Shown here piece by piece: positions 1 to 48,803 of a stretch of DNA of 64,000 nt (position 1 is the stretch's first letter; every line of letters starts with the position of its first letter). Source of the stretch: Bispira polyomma (lineage: Eukaryota). Location: NCBI GenBank assembly GCA_965649765.1, contig OZ287749.1, positions 107,074,001-107,138,000 on the forward strand, in the 5' to 3' direction. The position numbers and the translations under genes are program-made. The notes below the pieces were generated by a model. It was given only the letters and a program-made list of their open reading frames with translations. It did not search any database and was not told where the DNA came from.

Positions 1-1
1 T

Positions 2-475
2 TTTATAATTATATGTATCTTTATCAGGATCTAATACAAGATTGAGATCTCCACATATAATACAATAATCATGAACCGCATTTTCAATATCGCTTTTTAC
101 GTATTCGAAAAATTGTGGAGAATCATTATTAGGTGCATAAATATTCACCAGTTTGATGGAAAATTCACTCATTGCCAAAAGTATTGAGATATAGTTCCCA
201 ACTTCATCCTTCTGGACTGATGACATCTTGTAATCTATTCTCTTACCAATCAAAATAGCCACTCCCCTTGAATTAGTCTTGGAGCCATTTAATAAACATT
301 CACCAGGCCATAAATATTTTATCCATTGTAGATCTTCATTGAGCCAATGCGTGTCCTGTAAACAAAGGATATCCGGATCAAGATCAATAAAATAATTTAG
401 AACGTCTACACGTTTTTTTATATCCCTTAGACCCTGACAATTTGCCGATAATATTTTTAAATTTGTGGTAGACAT
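2..475 (-). CDS. L1 ORF2 N-terminus: apurinic/apyrimidinic-type endonuclease (partial, open at the window edge)
   Basis: Manual translation from ATG 475: MSTTNLKILSANCQGLRDIKKR..DILCLQDTH..SRGVAILI..LVNIYAPN..IICGDLNLVLDP. These match the L1-EN motifs (N-x-x-GL, LQE/DTH, GVAIL, NIYAPN, GDxN). No stop in 158 codons. Confidence 0.93.
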   Translation of the reverse strand, partial: MSTTNLKILSANCQGLRDIKKRVDVLNYFIDLDPDILCLQDTHWLNEDLQWIKYLWPGECLLNGSKTNSRGVAILIGKRIDYKMSSVQKDEVGNYISILLAMSEFSIKLVNIYAPNNDSPQFFEYVKSDIENAVHDYCIICGDLNLVLDPDKDTYNYK

Positions 476-2154
476 TGATTCAAGTAAAAACAGCTACCAA
501 ATTCACCGAAACAAGGAATACGCCAAAAACCCAAAGTAATTAGTAAACAATAATGGAGAATAAAGATCAATTTGTAGTCAACATTCATTAAAACAAAAAC
601 AGTTACCAAAGTCTCCAAAACAAGGAATTCGACAAAACACACAGCATTTGATCAACAATAATGGAGAATAAACATCAAAAGATTTCAAAGTGTATATGAT
701 TAATTGAATAATTGGGAAAAACAAATTTACACAAATACATGTGGTACAGCAAAAGAAATTAAAATTAACAAATAAATCAGCATAAAGTAAACAAAACATG
801 TAACACAAAAATATAATATATGAAGGTGCCTTAATAGCACTCGTGTTTAATTCCAAAATTTTGGTTTTGATGTTGCGACAAATCCTACATTCACACTGAA
901 CAAAAAGTACACTAACACAAATACATAAAACACAAATGATATAGTTCATGGGTTTCAGGTAAAGAAAAGAAAAATGATGGAAAAAGTGGATTGCCTGTGG
1001 TGCGTCAAAATTATTTTCTATAATTTAAATCGCATTAATACTACAGGAATAACAACTCTATAATGATATTTTTCGTAATTATTACATACCGCGGATGTAT
1101 TTGCACATATTTAAAGTATAACATATGACAAAAAAGCAAATGCATACACATTTATCAAACTATATATATATATATATGTTGAAACCTTATAACATAAAGG
1201 TGATAGCAAAACATCATATATACATGTGGCCATAACACCAATATATAAAGGTAGGAAAATACTAAAGATATAAAGTAGGAAAACATCTTATATACATTTG
1301 GTCAAACCTAAACGACTTTCTACACATATTTACAACTCCATGATGGTACATCCTACAAAGAGCAAGCATACTCCTATGCATAGATACTTGAACAAATAAA
1401 TTGCCGGATGTTATCACATGATTCAAATTTGATTGACTTTTATGTACTAAACTTTAGGACATAGTAAGTAGGATAATAGCTTGGATACATATATTCACAT
1501 TTTAATGATGTTTCAATAACTTTATACATATATCACGGAGATTTTAATGTACCAATGCACCAGAGATTCACAAAATAATCAAACCCGTCTAAATAGAACT
1601 GTTGTTTACGTGGGAGTAGATCTTATGTATAAAATAATGTGACAGTATAAGAGTTTTTCTATTACAATTTACCCTGTACTTAAAAATCATGTTTAAGTAG
1701 AACTACATTTAGGGTTTCCTAAGATTCTACTTAATTGTGTTTAGCCGTATTACAAACATGACAATAATGATCAACAGTAACTACACACAAATCCTAGTAC
1801 ATTTAGTTTGTTTAATAAACTTATTATAACTGCAACATTCATTTTAAACAAATCGACATTTAAGTAAGAAAAACATTTATAAAAATCAATCTCCGATACA
1901 TTTAGTTTGTTTGATAAACACGATATAAGTGTAATATGCATGCCAAACAAATTACATCTAAGTAAGACAAACTTTTATAAAAATCAATCTCTAGTGACAT
2001 AACTCTTTACCAATATAACATATTCCTTGGCATTAATAGTTTTAAAGCACTTTCACTTTTCCTTCTGTACATATAACAAGTTTTTACAAGAAAATATTAG
2101 GCATATTTCCCTATTAAGTTTGTCACCTTAAAGAGCCACATGTTTATTACTTTA

Positions 2155-2625
2155 TTATTTCAATTCAGCTCTCACTTCATCTAAAATCTGTCCCAACCAG
2201 TTACTTCCTGTCCATTCTTCTGGGTGTAATACCTTTTTATCTTTTATGGATATACCGACACCCCAGATCTTATCGTACTGATTGGCCTCTACAAACCTTT
2301 CTGTAGTCTTTTTCAGTTCCATCAGTAGGGATGTGTTCTGGGCAAACTTTAAATGAACAGCTGTTTTCATCACTGCTTTTGCTTGGTGCTGAAGCCACTG
2401 TTTCTCCCTTTCTGGGTTTTGAGATGCAACTTTTTTTCCAATCCTTTTCATCTCAACCGGATCTGTTTGTAACATAATAGACCGAGCTGCTTGAATTTCT
2501 CCGTGATACAAGCATAATTCTTGCTGGTACCTTTGTTCACTGCAATTATATCTTGTGGATCCCTCTCTAATTTCACAAGGAAAAAAGTTGCTGTAAATGG
2601 AAGTGCGACCGTGGAATGCTAGATG
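2155..2625 (-). other. NADAR (YbiA/DUF1768-like) domain of ORF1
   Basis: Motifs F-x5-YSNFFPC, SEQxYQ, P-x-x-xKRIGKKV, W...MKTAVHLKFAQN, L-x-x-T..FVEANQYDKIWGVG, W-x-G-x-N-x-LGQILDEVR match the NADAR family signature as I recall it. Confidence 0.88.
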
Positions 2626-3561
2626 CTTATTTCCTTTAAGTAGACCTCTGTTGAAGAAGTGAAGTGTCTGGGCCAATTCTTGCGCCTTCCGATAGGTGTA
2701 AGTTTTCCCTTTGTATAGTACCTTGTCCGCCACCAATCTTGCTCTGTTGTCCGTCTTCTTGGCCTGTTGGAACAGTGGATACATTAGTTTCCTCCTATTG
2801 ATAACTTCATTTGGAAAGTCTTCCCGGATCACGAAAGGTGTGTTTTTAAGTATTGACTTCTTTTGCCAAATCTTGTTTCTATCCGTATCTAGTACAAATC
2901 TTGCTATAATTGGTCTTGGTTGATCTCTTCCTGTCACTTTGCCAATTCTGTGGCATCTTGAAAGTAGCATACTCTGACATTCGTCCTGCTGTATTCCAAG
3001 AACTGAACTGAAGAATTGTCTCAAACCTACATCTGCAATCTGCTCATTTGTTTCATTGATCCCTTCAAAAATTAAATTATCTCGCTTTGAGTATGACTCT
3101 TGGAGTATTAGTTGTTCTTTTAAGTTGTGGTTTTCATTTTCTGTAGCTTTCAATTCACTTCCTAATGAACTAATCAAATCTTGTGTCTTCTCTAGCTCTT
3201 GAAGCCTATTTTCAATTGCTTCCGTTTTTTCACTGTAGTATGTTAAAGACTTTTCTATGTCATCGCATTTCTTTTGTATCTTTCCCATTTCATCTCTAAA
3301 TCCTTCCACACTATGTTTAATAGACTGAATATCTTCCGATTGTGCACTGATGCTATCAATTTTATCCATCAAGTGTTGCCATTGATAGCTTGTAATCCCA
3401 ATGTAGTCTGTTTGTCTTTTATCACTGGCTTCTGCTTTTTATGTCTCTGGTAGTGTAGCCATAGTTTCAAAATGTTCTTTTACACTTTTACTTTTTTTGT
3501 CCTTTGGTGATACCTTTTCCCCACTTTTATGAAGTTTTCTTTTAATCTTACTTGATGGCAT
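2155..3561 (-). CDS. L1 ORF1p (coiled coil + Transposase_22-type RRM/CTD) fused to a C-terminal NADAR domain; one in-frame TAA at codon 41
   Basis: The 405-aa ORF 2155-3372 extends in frame to ATG 3561 across a single TAA (3439-3441). Heptad-rich coiled coil, then KRDNLIFEGINE, CHRIG..PRPIIARF and REDFP (ORF1 RRM/CTD motifs), then NADAR motifs. Confidence 0.88.
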
Positions 3562-3939
3562 ATTCCATACTCATCAAAAAGTAACACTTACAAAAGACAA
3601 TAGTTATTTACACTCATAAATAGTAGTAACGTATATCCATTTGGGTGAAGTTGACATGGTATAAATCAAGTCCTAAATAAATTTATCCATATCAGCTGGT
3701 GTTTATGTCCACTAGGTTAAGTACACAGGGTTCAAAGATCAGAATACACTTCCCAACTCTCAAAACTACCACTTGATTTTTGTGGACCACAACAATATTG
3801 AAAAGTTGACAAACCCTGTCCATTGAATTTGGTATAAAACAGTTTTCTAATTAGTGACCAGTTTTGCAAAGGATTTCCACAATTAAAGCCCATACATGGC
3901 TTTCCAAAAGTGTGTGTGTTTTATTATCATACAAACTCT

Positions 3940-4062
3940 AGTCACACTTCAGCACACACTAAGCCTGTTAATATTGATTAACGTATTGTAAGAGAAGAAA
4001 AGTCACACTTCAGCACACACTAAGCCTGTTAATATTGATTAACATATTGTAAGAGAAGAAAA
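3940..4062. repeat. 61-bp tandem duplication in the L1 5'UTR
   Basis: agtcacacttcagcacacactaagcc...gagaagaaa occurs twice (3940, 4001) with one mismatch. Confidence 0.9.
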
Positions 4063-4357
4063 ACGCCTCATTTTTTTTGTAAAAACTCTGCACAAAAGTT
4101 CCAAAAATATGTATTCCTGTCTGTTCTATGTCATTTTCTCAATCCTGTAAACCATTTTTTGATGATTTATTTAAGTAAGAACCACTTTATTCCATCAAGT
4201 ATTTCTCCCCACTAAAAAACCATGTCTACACACTTGCACACAAATACTTACCTTATCCTCACTAGTCAGATGCCCACCCACCAAACCCCACTAATTTGTG
4301 TGGCCAGGCTTTCCAAAATTGAATCTGAGGCGTGCAAGCACTAACAGAAGTGACAAC

Positions 4358-4374
4358 ACTTCCTGCGCATGCGC
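4358..4374 (-). promoter_or_regulatory. Candidate internal Pol II promoter motifs (NRF1-like GCGCATGCGCA overlapping an ETS-like CAGGAAGT) at the L1 5' end
   Basis: acttcctgcgcatgcgc in an otherwise CpG-poor region. Confidence 0.4.
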
Positions 4375-4705
4375 GGGCCCCTTTGTCGAGAGAGAGGTAA
4401 AATTAAGAAACAAGAATAGTCTTTATAAAAAAGACTTTTGATCGAGCAATTATTCAAAATGAATAAAAGCACTTAGTGAGGATAATGTAAGTATTTATCT
4501 TACAAAAAGATAAATTACAATAAAATTTTTTCAATTTGTTGTAGATGCGGTGTCAGATTTGTTGGGTTTTGATTATGGTAACCGCTCTGTCCCTCGCCAT
4601 GTGTATCATCAGTAAAAATCAAGGACAGAAAACTTGGTCCAGTAAACACCCAAAAAATAGACTACTAATTTATATGTACTGATGTCTCTCTATACCTCGA
4701 AAAAA

Positions 4706-5050
4706 CGCATTGGCTTCCCATTTATTATCGTATTGTGTTTAAAATCCATGTAACTACTTATAAAGCTGTTGTGTCTCAACAACCCTCCTACCTTGCTGCT
4801 TGTCTTGCCTTCAGTAACTTAAAAAGGGAAAAGAGACTTTCTGTTTCCTCTGTTAAACCTACCAAGAGGACTGGATCTAGAGCTTTCTCTATTGCTGCCC
4901 TCTATATGTTGTGGAATAGTCTCCCTGTTGAGCTTAGAGCACTTGAAACACTTTCTGGTTTTAGGCAATAGCTTAAAACCCATCTTTTCAAACTCGCCTA
5001 CCCCCCCCCCCCTTTAGTTCTCTTCCTGTACACCCCCACATCCTTTCTTG
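4706..5050 (+). mobile_element. L2/CR1-group LINE 3' fragment (degenerate RT C-terminus)
   Basis: Translates HWLP..RIVFKI..YKA..P.YL..GSRAFSIAA..LWNSLP..LKTHLFKLAY. Related fragments at ~6840-7085(-), 22790-23030(-), 31440-31545(-), 46085-46270(+), 50650-51080(+), 63816-63920(+). Confidence 0.75.
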
Positions 5051-5673
5051 TGACCTTGGTAATGTTTTTGGACTTCTCTATTCTACACTATGTTTATTGG
5101 GTAAGAGATCAACACAGCATTGCCCAGGATAAAAAAAAACTTTAGCATTAATTACTTTTTCTGTAAAATGGAATAAACTCAATAAACAAAGTTAAAATAT
5201 TACAGACATTAGTGGTATTCAAGCTTTCCAAAAAGTATGAAAATACATTTAAAATATAAATCATTTAAGATAATATATAAATGAAAAATAATATATACAT
5301 GTCTTGATATATGCTGGATCAATCCCCTTAATATGTCACAATAGAAAGCTTCTCTCTGAGAACTTTTTACAAACATGATGTTCTATATAGATTTTGAATT
5401 GTGTGACATCATAATACAAGATTTGTTATACTACTGTTTCAATTTTTGCCATAAAATATTGAAATTTAAAATATTGTTACTAAAAAATTATTTTATAGCC
5501 TCTGTATTGGGTGCATTGTGCTGAACTCAGAATTTTAAAATAGAGGATAATATCTCGGCTGCAAATTTATGTTTTTACATTGAGAAAGTGGCATTTACAC
5601 CCAAACTAACCTTATCACATACATCCCCGAGTACCAAGGTTCATATCAACTCCTCTGTTTACAATGTTTTCAG

Positions 5674-18299
<12,626 letters not shown>

Positions 18300-19034
18300 C
18301 ATATCGTGGTCTTGTCGGAGATGTGCCCATATTGTGTTCACTTGTGCTAAGGCAGAGTTAAAAGTTAATTTTGTTTTACATTTCTTTTAAAAATCAAGAA
18401 CGTCTATTTTTAGTGTTTTCCAATTGCTATTGTATAATCTTAGTTCTTAGTGAGTTTTCTGTGAGAGAAGTGTGTAGTATTAAAGTCCAGGTATTTTTAC
18501 AGGTATTCACAAAAATATCTTATGTACAAGTCCCACGTTTAGATATATAATGTCTGCAAAGCCAAATTCTTCCTGGTTAGGAGCCAATTCCTCCTTTTTC
18601 TTTATCTTTCATCAATATTCTCCATCCCTCGCGGTGGGGCTACCAGCATTTCAAACTGTGGCTATTCGTGGTGGGGGTTTTTTTGCCAAAAATTTGCCAA
18701 CGTTGGTAGCTGCCTCTTTGAAGTGGTAGCTTTATCGTGGCTTCCTAGTACAGACATTCACCTGTATGTCGCCATTTCTCGACTATCTACTCCACTGTGT
18801 CCTTGATCAGACATTCACAAATGTTCCTGGTGAATGTGGGCAAAACCTAAAATTCTTCCTGGTTGGTACAGTCAATTACTCGTGATTCTGTGTTTTTTCT
18901 TGCCAATTCTCCTTCCCTCACGTACGTTCACGATAAATTCCCTACCAATTATAGCGTATTATTTGACCATCGTGGCTCTAGCATCGTACTTTATCTATGG
19001 ATAGTGGCCGACATCATTCCCCGTCATACTTGCA

Positions 19035-19385
19035 GCACCCTCTTTTATGTTGGACCTGGGATGCATGTATCTCCGCGGGTATTTGCACCCACTTTGATGT
19101 GGGACCTGGGTTGTATGTATCTCTGTGGGTATTTGCACCCTCTTTGATGTGGGACCTGGGTTGAATGTATCTCTGTGGGTATTTGCACCCTCTTTTATGT
19201 GGGACCTGGGTTGAATGTATCTCTGTGGGTATTTGCACCCTCTTTTATGTGGGACATGGGCTGTATGTATCTCTGCAGGTATTTGCACCCTCTTTTATGT
19301 GGGACCTGGGTTGTATGTATCTCTATGGGTATTTGCACCTTCTTTTATGTGGGACCTGGGTTGTATGTGTCTCTGCGGGTATTTG
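19035..19385. repeat. 50-bp minisatellite (7 copies), probably in the ABCC 3'UTR
   Basis: Unit gcaccctcttttatgtgggacctgggttgtatgtatctctgtgggtattt. Confidence 0.93.
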
Positions 19386-19405
19386 ATGCTGTTACTTTAC
19401 AGATC

Positions 19406-19411
19406 AATAAA
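19406..19411 (+). terminator. Candidate ABCC polyadenylation signal
   Basis: AATAAA followed by a T-rich tract, ~1.1 kb after the stop codon. Confidence 0.4.
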
Positions 19412-20697
19412 GTTTTTAAAGTTTAATTGAATAGTCTTTTTTTCATTTTGAAGTATGAGATGCACAGTCATAATATAAGCTTACATAAATTAGTCCCTGC
19501 ACAGCAGAAGTGAATTCTTAAGGGGTTCTCAAAAAACTTAGAAAGTTCCAAGCACCTGTTTGAAAGTGTAACTTGTTCCAAGTTGTTATGATAATCTTGT
19601 TTTGATTTTGAAGTCCAAAACCCAAGTCAGTGTCCATTCTAGGAATTTCAAAATGTCCCCACCGGGACTCCGAACCGAGAACCTTCTGAACCGAGAACCT
19701 ATCAATCACCAGATGAACTCCTTACCCACTAGGCCACTGGAGACCATAAGACTACTCGGAGACATTTTAGTATAAAAAATAAAATATGTATTAATTTACA
19801 AGAGAAAAAATCAGTTCACTATATTCAGTGTAAACAAGAGATTTAGCTTGGCTCTGCTGTAAACTTATAAAGAAGCTTGCTACTACAGGGATTCGATCCT
19901 GGGTTGTCACGGATCCCGAGATTTATAGTCCAGTACACTAACAGTTGTGCTAAAGGGTAAATCTCTGGAAGCCTAAGTGTTTAATTATTTGTCGTTTTAA
20001 GTATTCCGTCTTGTCATAATTACGAATACATGATTTTATAATGGACGTTTCTACTGAACCAGTAATCGTGGCTAGCACCAAGGGAAAGGTCCAGCTAGAA
20101 TGTGTATAAACCATGGCTTCTGCTTCTCGTTAGATATTTACTGTAGATATTTTTGTCATCAGCAAAATAGACATGGCACTTTTAATCGAAGCAAAAGACG
20201 TGGAAATATGATATTATTAAATGTTAGACAAGAGATCAATCTACAGGAATAATACCAAAAACATAATAGTTTATTCCATTTAAAGGTGATTAACAAGAGG
20301 TCAATCTACAGGAATGATACCAATAACATAGAAATTTATTCCATTTAAAGGTAATTAACCCCTTTGCCACCAAGAGAACAGTATTCCCAGATATAAAGTT
20401 ACAGATAGCTGAAATCAATAGGATATCATAATGCACTTATATATGATATTTTAACTGGAGATAAACCAAGCCATTTCAATTATGCTAAAATGGAAGGAAA
20501 GTAAAACACCATTATGGGGGTGCCAGATGCTGGTCAATGGACATGGCACAGGTAAATAGACTTCACTGTTGACTGCTAGTCTACAGACAAGGTCTCTAAG
20601 GGGTTCAAATGGCAATGACGAAAATACTTAACAAGAATATCTAGTGAGGCACAAACCAATTGAAATAAAAAGTCACAGAGCGTATGCCATTCATAGA

Positions 20698-20703
20698 TTT
20701 ATT
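20698..20703 (-). terminator. Candidate ANKDD1 polyadenylation signal
   Basis: AATAAA on -; an alternative lies at 22192-22197. Confidence 0.3.
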
Positions 20704-21950
20704 ATTATTATAAAAGTACATAAATTATAGTGACTAGAAAGGATTTCATTCCATTTAACTTATTTGGTAGCAAGACATCACACTAACAGAATTAATGCTC
20801 ATTAGGAATATATATATATAAGTATATGTATCTGTGTATACAACTGTTATTTACAAACTTTACAGAGATGAAAAAAACATACCATAGGGAAATGTTCTAC
20901 ATTATTGGGGTTCACAACATCTGATACAATAATGGTCAATAAATATCCACATTTTTATCCAAATAATTAGAATATCAGAAGCAGTCGAATACTTTCTTAT
21001 CATATAACATGAAAGTTCAGGTCAATTTCTAACCACTTAGCAGAAAGGTTCAACCATATCCAGTTGAACTGTTCAATATATAATCAAGCGTTTAGTTACT
21101 CATTTTTTGACAGAAAAATGACACAGAAACTTTAATTTAAACTTACAGACTAAAAGTCAAGTTACATATCAAATCAAAAACAAAAACTTTCAGATTCATT
21201 AAATTGTATTTTACAGGAAAATCAACCTCAGTGTTTCTGAAAATATTCATGCTGCATGAGTGAATGATTGATTTATAGTTTTCATACAAAGTAATGTTAA
21301 ATACATTTCAGCTTGACATCAGGTAATACATTAATGTGTAAAGCAATTACCAAACTAATGACCCGTATTTACTAACAGACTTAGCCAAGTCTAAAATCTA
21401 GCACAAAAGTATACTGGATTTAAGTTGAAAACTTGGCTTAGTCCATTAGCGAATACAGGCCCAGGGTCGGTATTTATAACAAGGGTTCAGGCCATAGTTT
21501 GTCTTAGATCTAGTATAACACGTTTGTGCTAGATTTAGGACAATATAGCCCAGAGTTTGTCTTAGATCTAGTATAAGACGTTTGTGCTAGATTTAGGACA
21601 ATATAGCCCAGAGTTTATATGACGTTTGTGCTAGATTTAGGACAATGTCTTGATTTAACCCTTTGGTATATACTGAAACCAGGCAATTATAAAACAATGC
21701 TAAAAGGTGTAGTCCAATTTTTTTGTTTTTTAAGGTATCTGTTCACATGCAGACATTTAAAGTTATAAGTTTTATCACAGTTTACATCGCACAACTTTAC
21801 CAAAATAAATCTCAGCAGATTTTTATGTTCGTTAAATTTACAATTACTTTGTTGATTACATTATGTTCATTTTTACAAACAAAAAATTAACACAAACTGC
21901 TATGCTCACAATTTATAATTGGCAAGAAGATGTCTTTCTTATAAATCTAA

Positions 21951-22134
21951 CCCTTTCGACTTCAAAGGGAAAAACAATCGCCGGGGAACTGACGGACTGG
22001 AGTCACTAAACACACACCACAGACTACTCAATTGAAGAACGGCCTCGTGTATAATTCTGCTTCCTACAGACATAGGGTTTTGGGACTAACAAACGGTGTT
22101 GACTGCTTGCCAACAAGCAAAGCCATCGAAAGGG
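21951..22134. mobile_element. piggyBac-like MITE
   Basis: TIR ccctttcga..tcgaaaggg flanked by (c)taa/ttaa. The internal gtcactaaaacacacaccacagactac segment recurs at ~38500-38680, 41540-41810, 43563-43866, 44690-44895, 47625-47680. Confidence 0.6.
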
Positions 22135-22611
22135 TTAAATAGTTGTTTGGGGGTAAGTAAATTTTCAGATATGTTAAAAACTTAAACAGTATTTATTCTG
22201 TAACATGTATAAAACACACACAACCATGATCTTCATAAAGATACAGGTAAAAATGCTGCTTAAGAGAAAATACTTTTTGTGTTGCATAAAAGTAAGCGAT
22301 ATTTTGATAGCACAACCAAGAATGATTAGCCAGGGGTGGTATTCACAATAGGGCTAGCTAAGTCCAGACACTGTCCTCAATCTAGCACAAAAGTAGACTA
22401 GATCTAAGACAAAGTCTTGGGTTAGCTCTTACTTGTAAATACCGCCCCAGTGCTTCACACAACGATATAAACACCAAAAGGTGAGTGCTGGAAAAAAACT
22501 ACTAGATTTGCACTCTATTTGCACTCGGTTTACACTCTATTTGCACTCAGTTTGCACTCTATTTGCACCCAGTTTGTAGTCTCCTCTGTCTTCTACCCAG
22601 GACGTCTCTTG

Positions 22612-47347
<24,736 letters not shown>

Positions 47348-48673
47348 CTACAAACATACAGACAGATAGACAGATGGAGAAAGGTATTACATACAGTGAG
47401 GTATTGGGGACAGATGGAGAAAAGTATAAGGTAGATCTAACATTAACATACCATCAAGGTAGATCTAAGATTATAATAATTTAGTAAGGCAGATCCAATA
47501 TTAACAGGTGGAGGTCACACATCTCATACGTAAGTATTCAGTGACCGATTCGTCACATATCTCAAAACACCACACCACCCGCAAATCATTCTTCACTACA
47601 TACTGTACTAATCAGACAGGAGGCCAGTGAAGTATAGTCTGTGCTGTGTGTTTTAGTAACTCCAGCTACAGTTCAACCCCTTCAAGTAGAACTCTGTTAT
47701 CTCTATTACCCTGTTATGTGGAGCAAAGTACATCGTCCTACAATGACCTTTTCTTTTAAAATCTACCCTGTTAGGTGGAAATCCTGCTTAAGTAAAGGGT
47801 ATTTCTACTGGTCCCTTAAGGTTCGACTTAAAGGGGTCCTACTGTATTTGTAACCTATGACTATTTCCTTCAGTCCCCTGGAGGATCAAAAGGGTTCATT
47901 TTAAATTGGCTTATATATTTCTTTCTTCCTTTCCACAAAGACTGCCCATAAAGTGACCATTACACTAATGTGAAGTGGAAAATAATAGTGAAATCCTCTT
48001 CTGTCAAATGTTTTAGCTTATAAGGTACACCAATGACCTTGACATCAAATAGACCATCACCGGTACTACAACAGCTAATATTAATCAACACACAAAAATA
48101 ACGCAACATCAATGTTGTCAAAAATACACACAAACAGCAACATGAAAACAAATAACTTTGTCAAACACATTATATGGAACCAAAAATAAGGACTAATTCC
48201 ATTTACGTTGTGTGTTCGCATCTCAGGCCACTGGTATGTTTGTGGAAATGTTGGCTTGCTAAAGGCCACTAGGTTTGCAAAGCCCAAAACCTTGACACCA
48301 ATAACCAAAAGAACTGTCTGTCACAATAGCACACAAGGTACATATTGAATAGAATTCTAACATGTCACGGCTGTAGCCGCACCATTATGATTGGCTGAAA
48401 GCTGTGGTAAAATTCAGCATAAACATATTGCCCCTGTTCAATCGATGCAAGTAGAAGTACATAAAAATGATGGGACCGTAAACACCACCTGTCAATAAAC
48501 AACCACATTTTTGGATTACCTTCAGTGGTCTTAATAACATACAAGTTTCACTTTGCGTTAGTGAATACTGGTGCCCAGGAAAGCCACATATTACACTGAT
48601 ACTAACTATTAACAGATTCCATTCTCTCTGTCACATAAAGAGACAATTTGATAGGCTTTAACATATTACTCAC

Positions 48674-48803
48674 AGGTTCTGTAGTCATTTCTCATTGGAT
48701 CAAAGTCCTTATAAGAAGCTCTCCTACTGGCTATCTCCTTGGCATAATATTCAAATATCCGACTATCGACACTGTGTCTTTTTGTATGAGCCTGCTTTAT
48801 CAT
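48674..48803 (-). CDS. ANKDD1A: Candidate alternative first coding exon C (MIKQAHTKRHSVDSRIFEYYAKEIASRRASYKDFDPMRNDYRT)
   Basis: ATG, 43 open codons + 1 nt, T|gtgagt donor, phase 1 matching exon 47347. Confidence 0.6.

Larger units (their letters stand above)
1..4396 (-). mobile_element. L1-clade non-LTR retrotransposon, 5' part (5'UTR, ORF1-NADAR, long spacer, start of ORF2); runs off the left edge; intronic and antisense to the ABCC gene
   Basis: ORF1-type and APE-endonuclease ORFs on the same strand and in canonical order. The 5' end is estimated from a GC-rich promoter-like patch at 4358-4396. The TSD cannot be checked because the 3' end is outside the window. Confidence 0.85.

Noticed and set aside
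457-949. Small hydrophobic/Cys-rich ORFs (123 and 61 aa) in the L1 spacer as a third ORF
   Set aside because: Explained by T/G-rich composition and local duplications; no recognisable motif. Would need conservation across copies to reconsider.
2155-2625. NADAR as bacterial contamination or a stand-alone host gene
   Set aside because: It is fused in frame to an L1 ORF1, has the same A-rich sense-strand composition, and is contiguous with spliced animal genes.
19865-19975. tRNA-like sequences (also ~41965-42065 and the SINE heads)
   Set aside because: Only degenerate A/B boxes; no complete cloverleaf or acceptor stem; dispersed-repeat derived.
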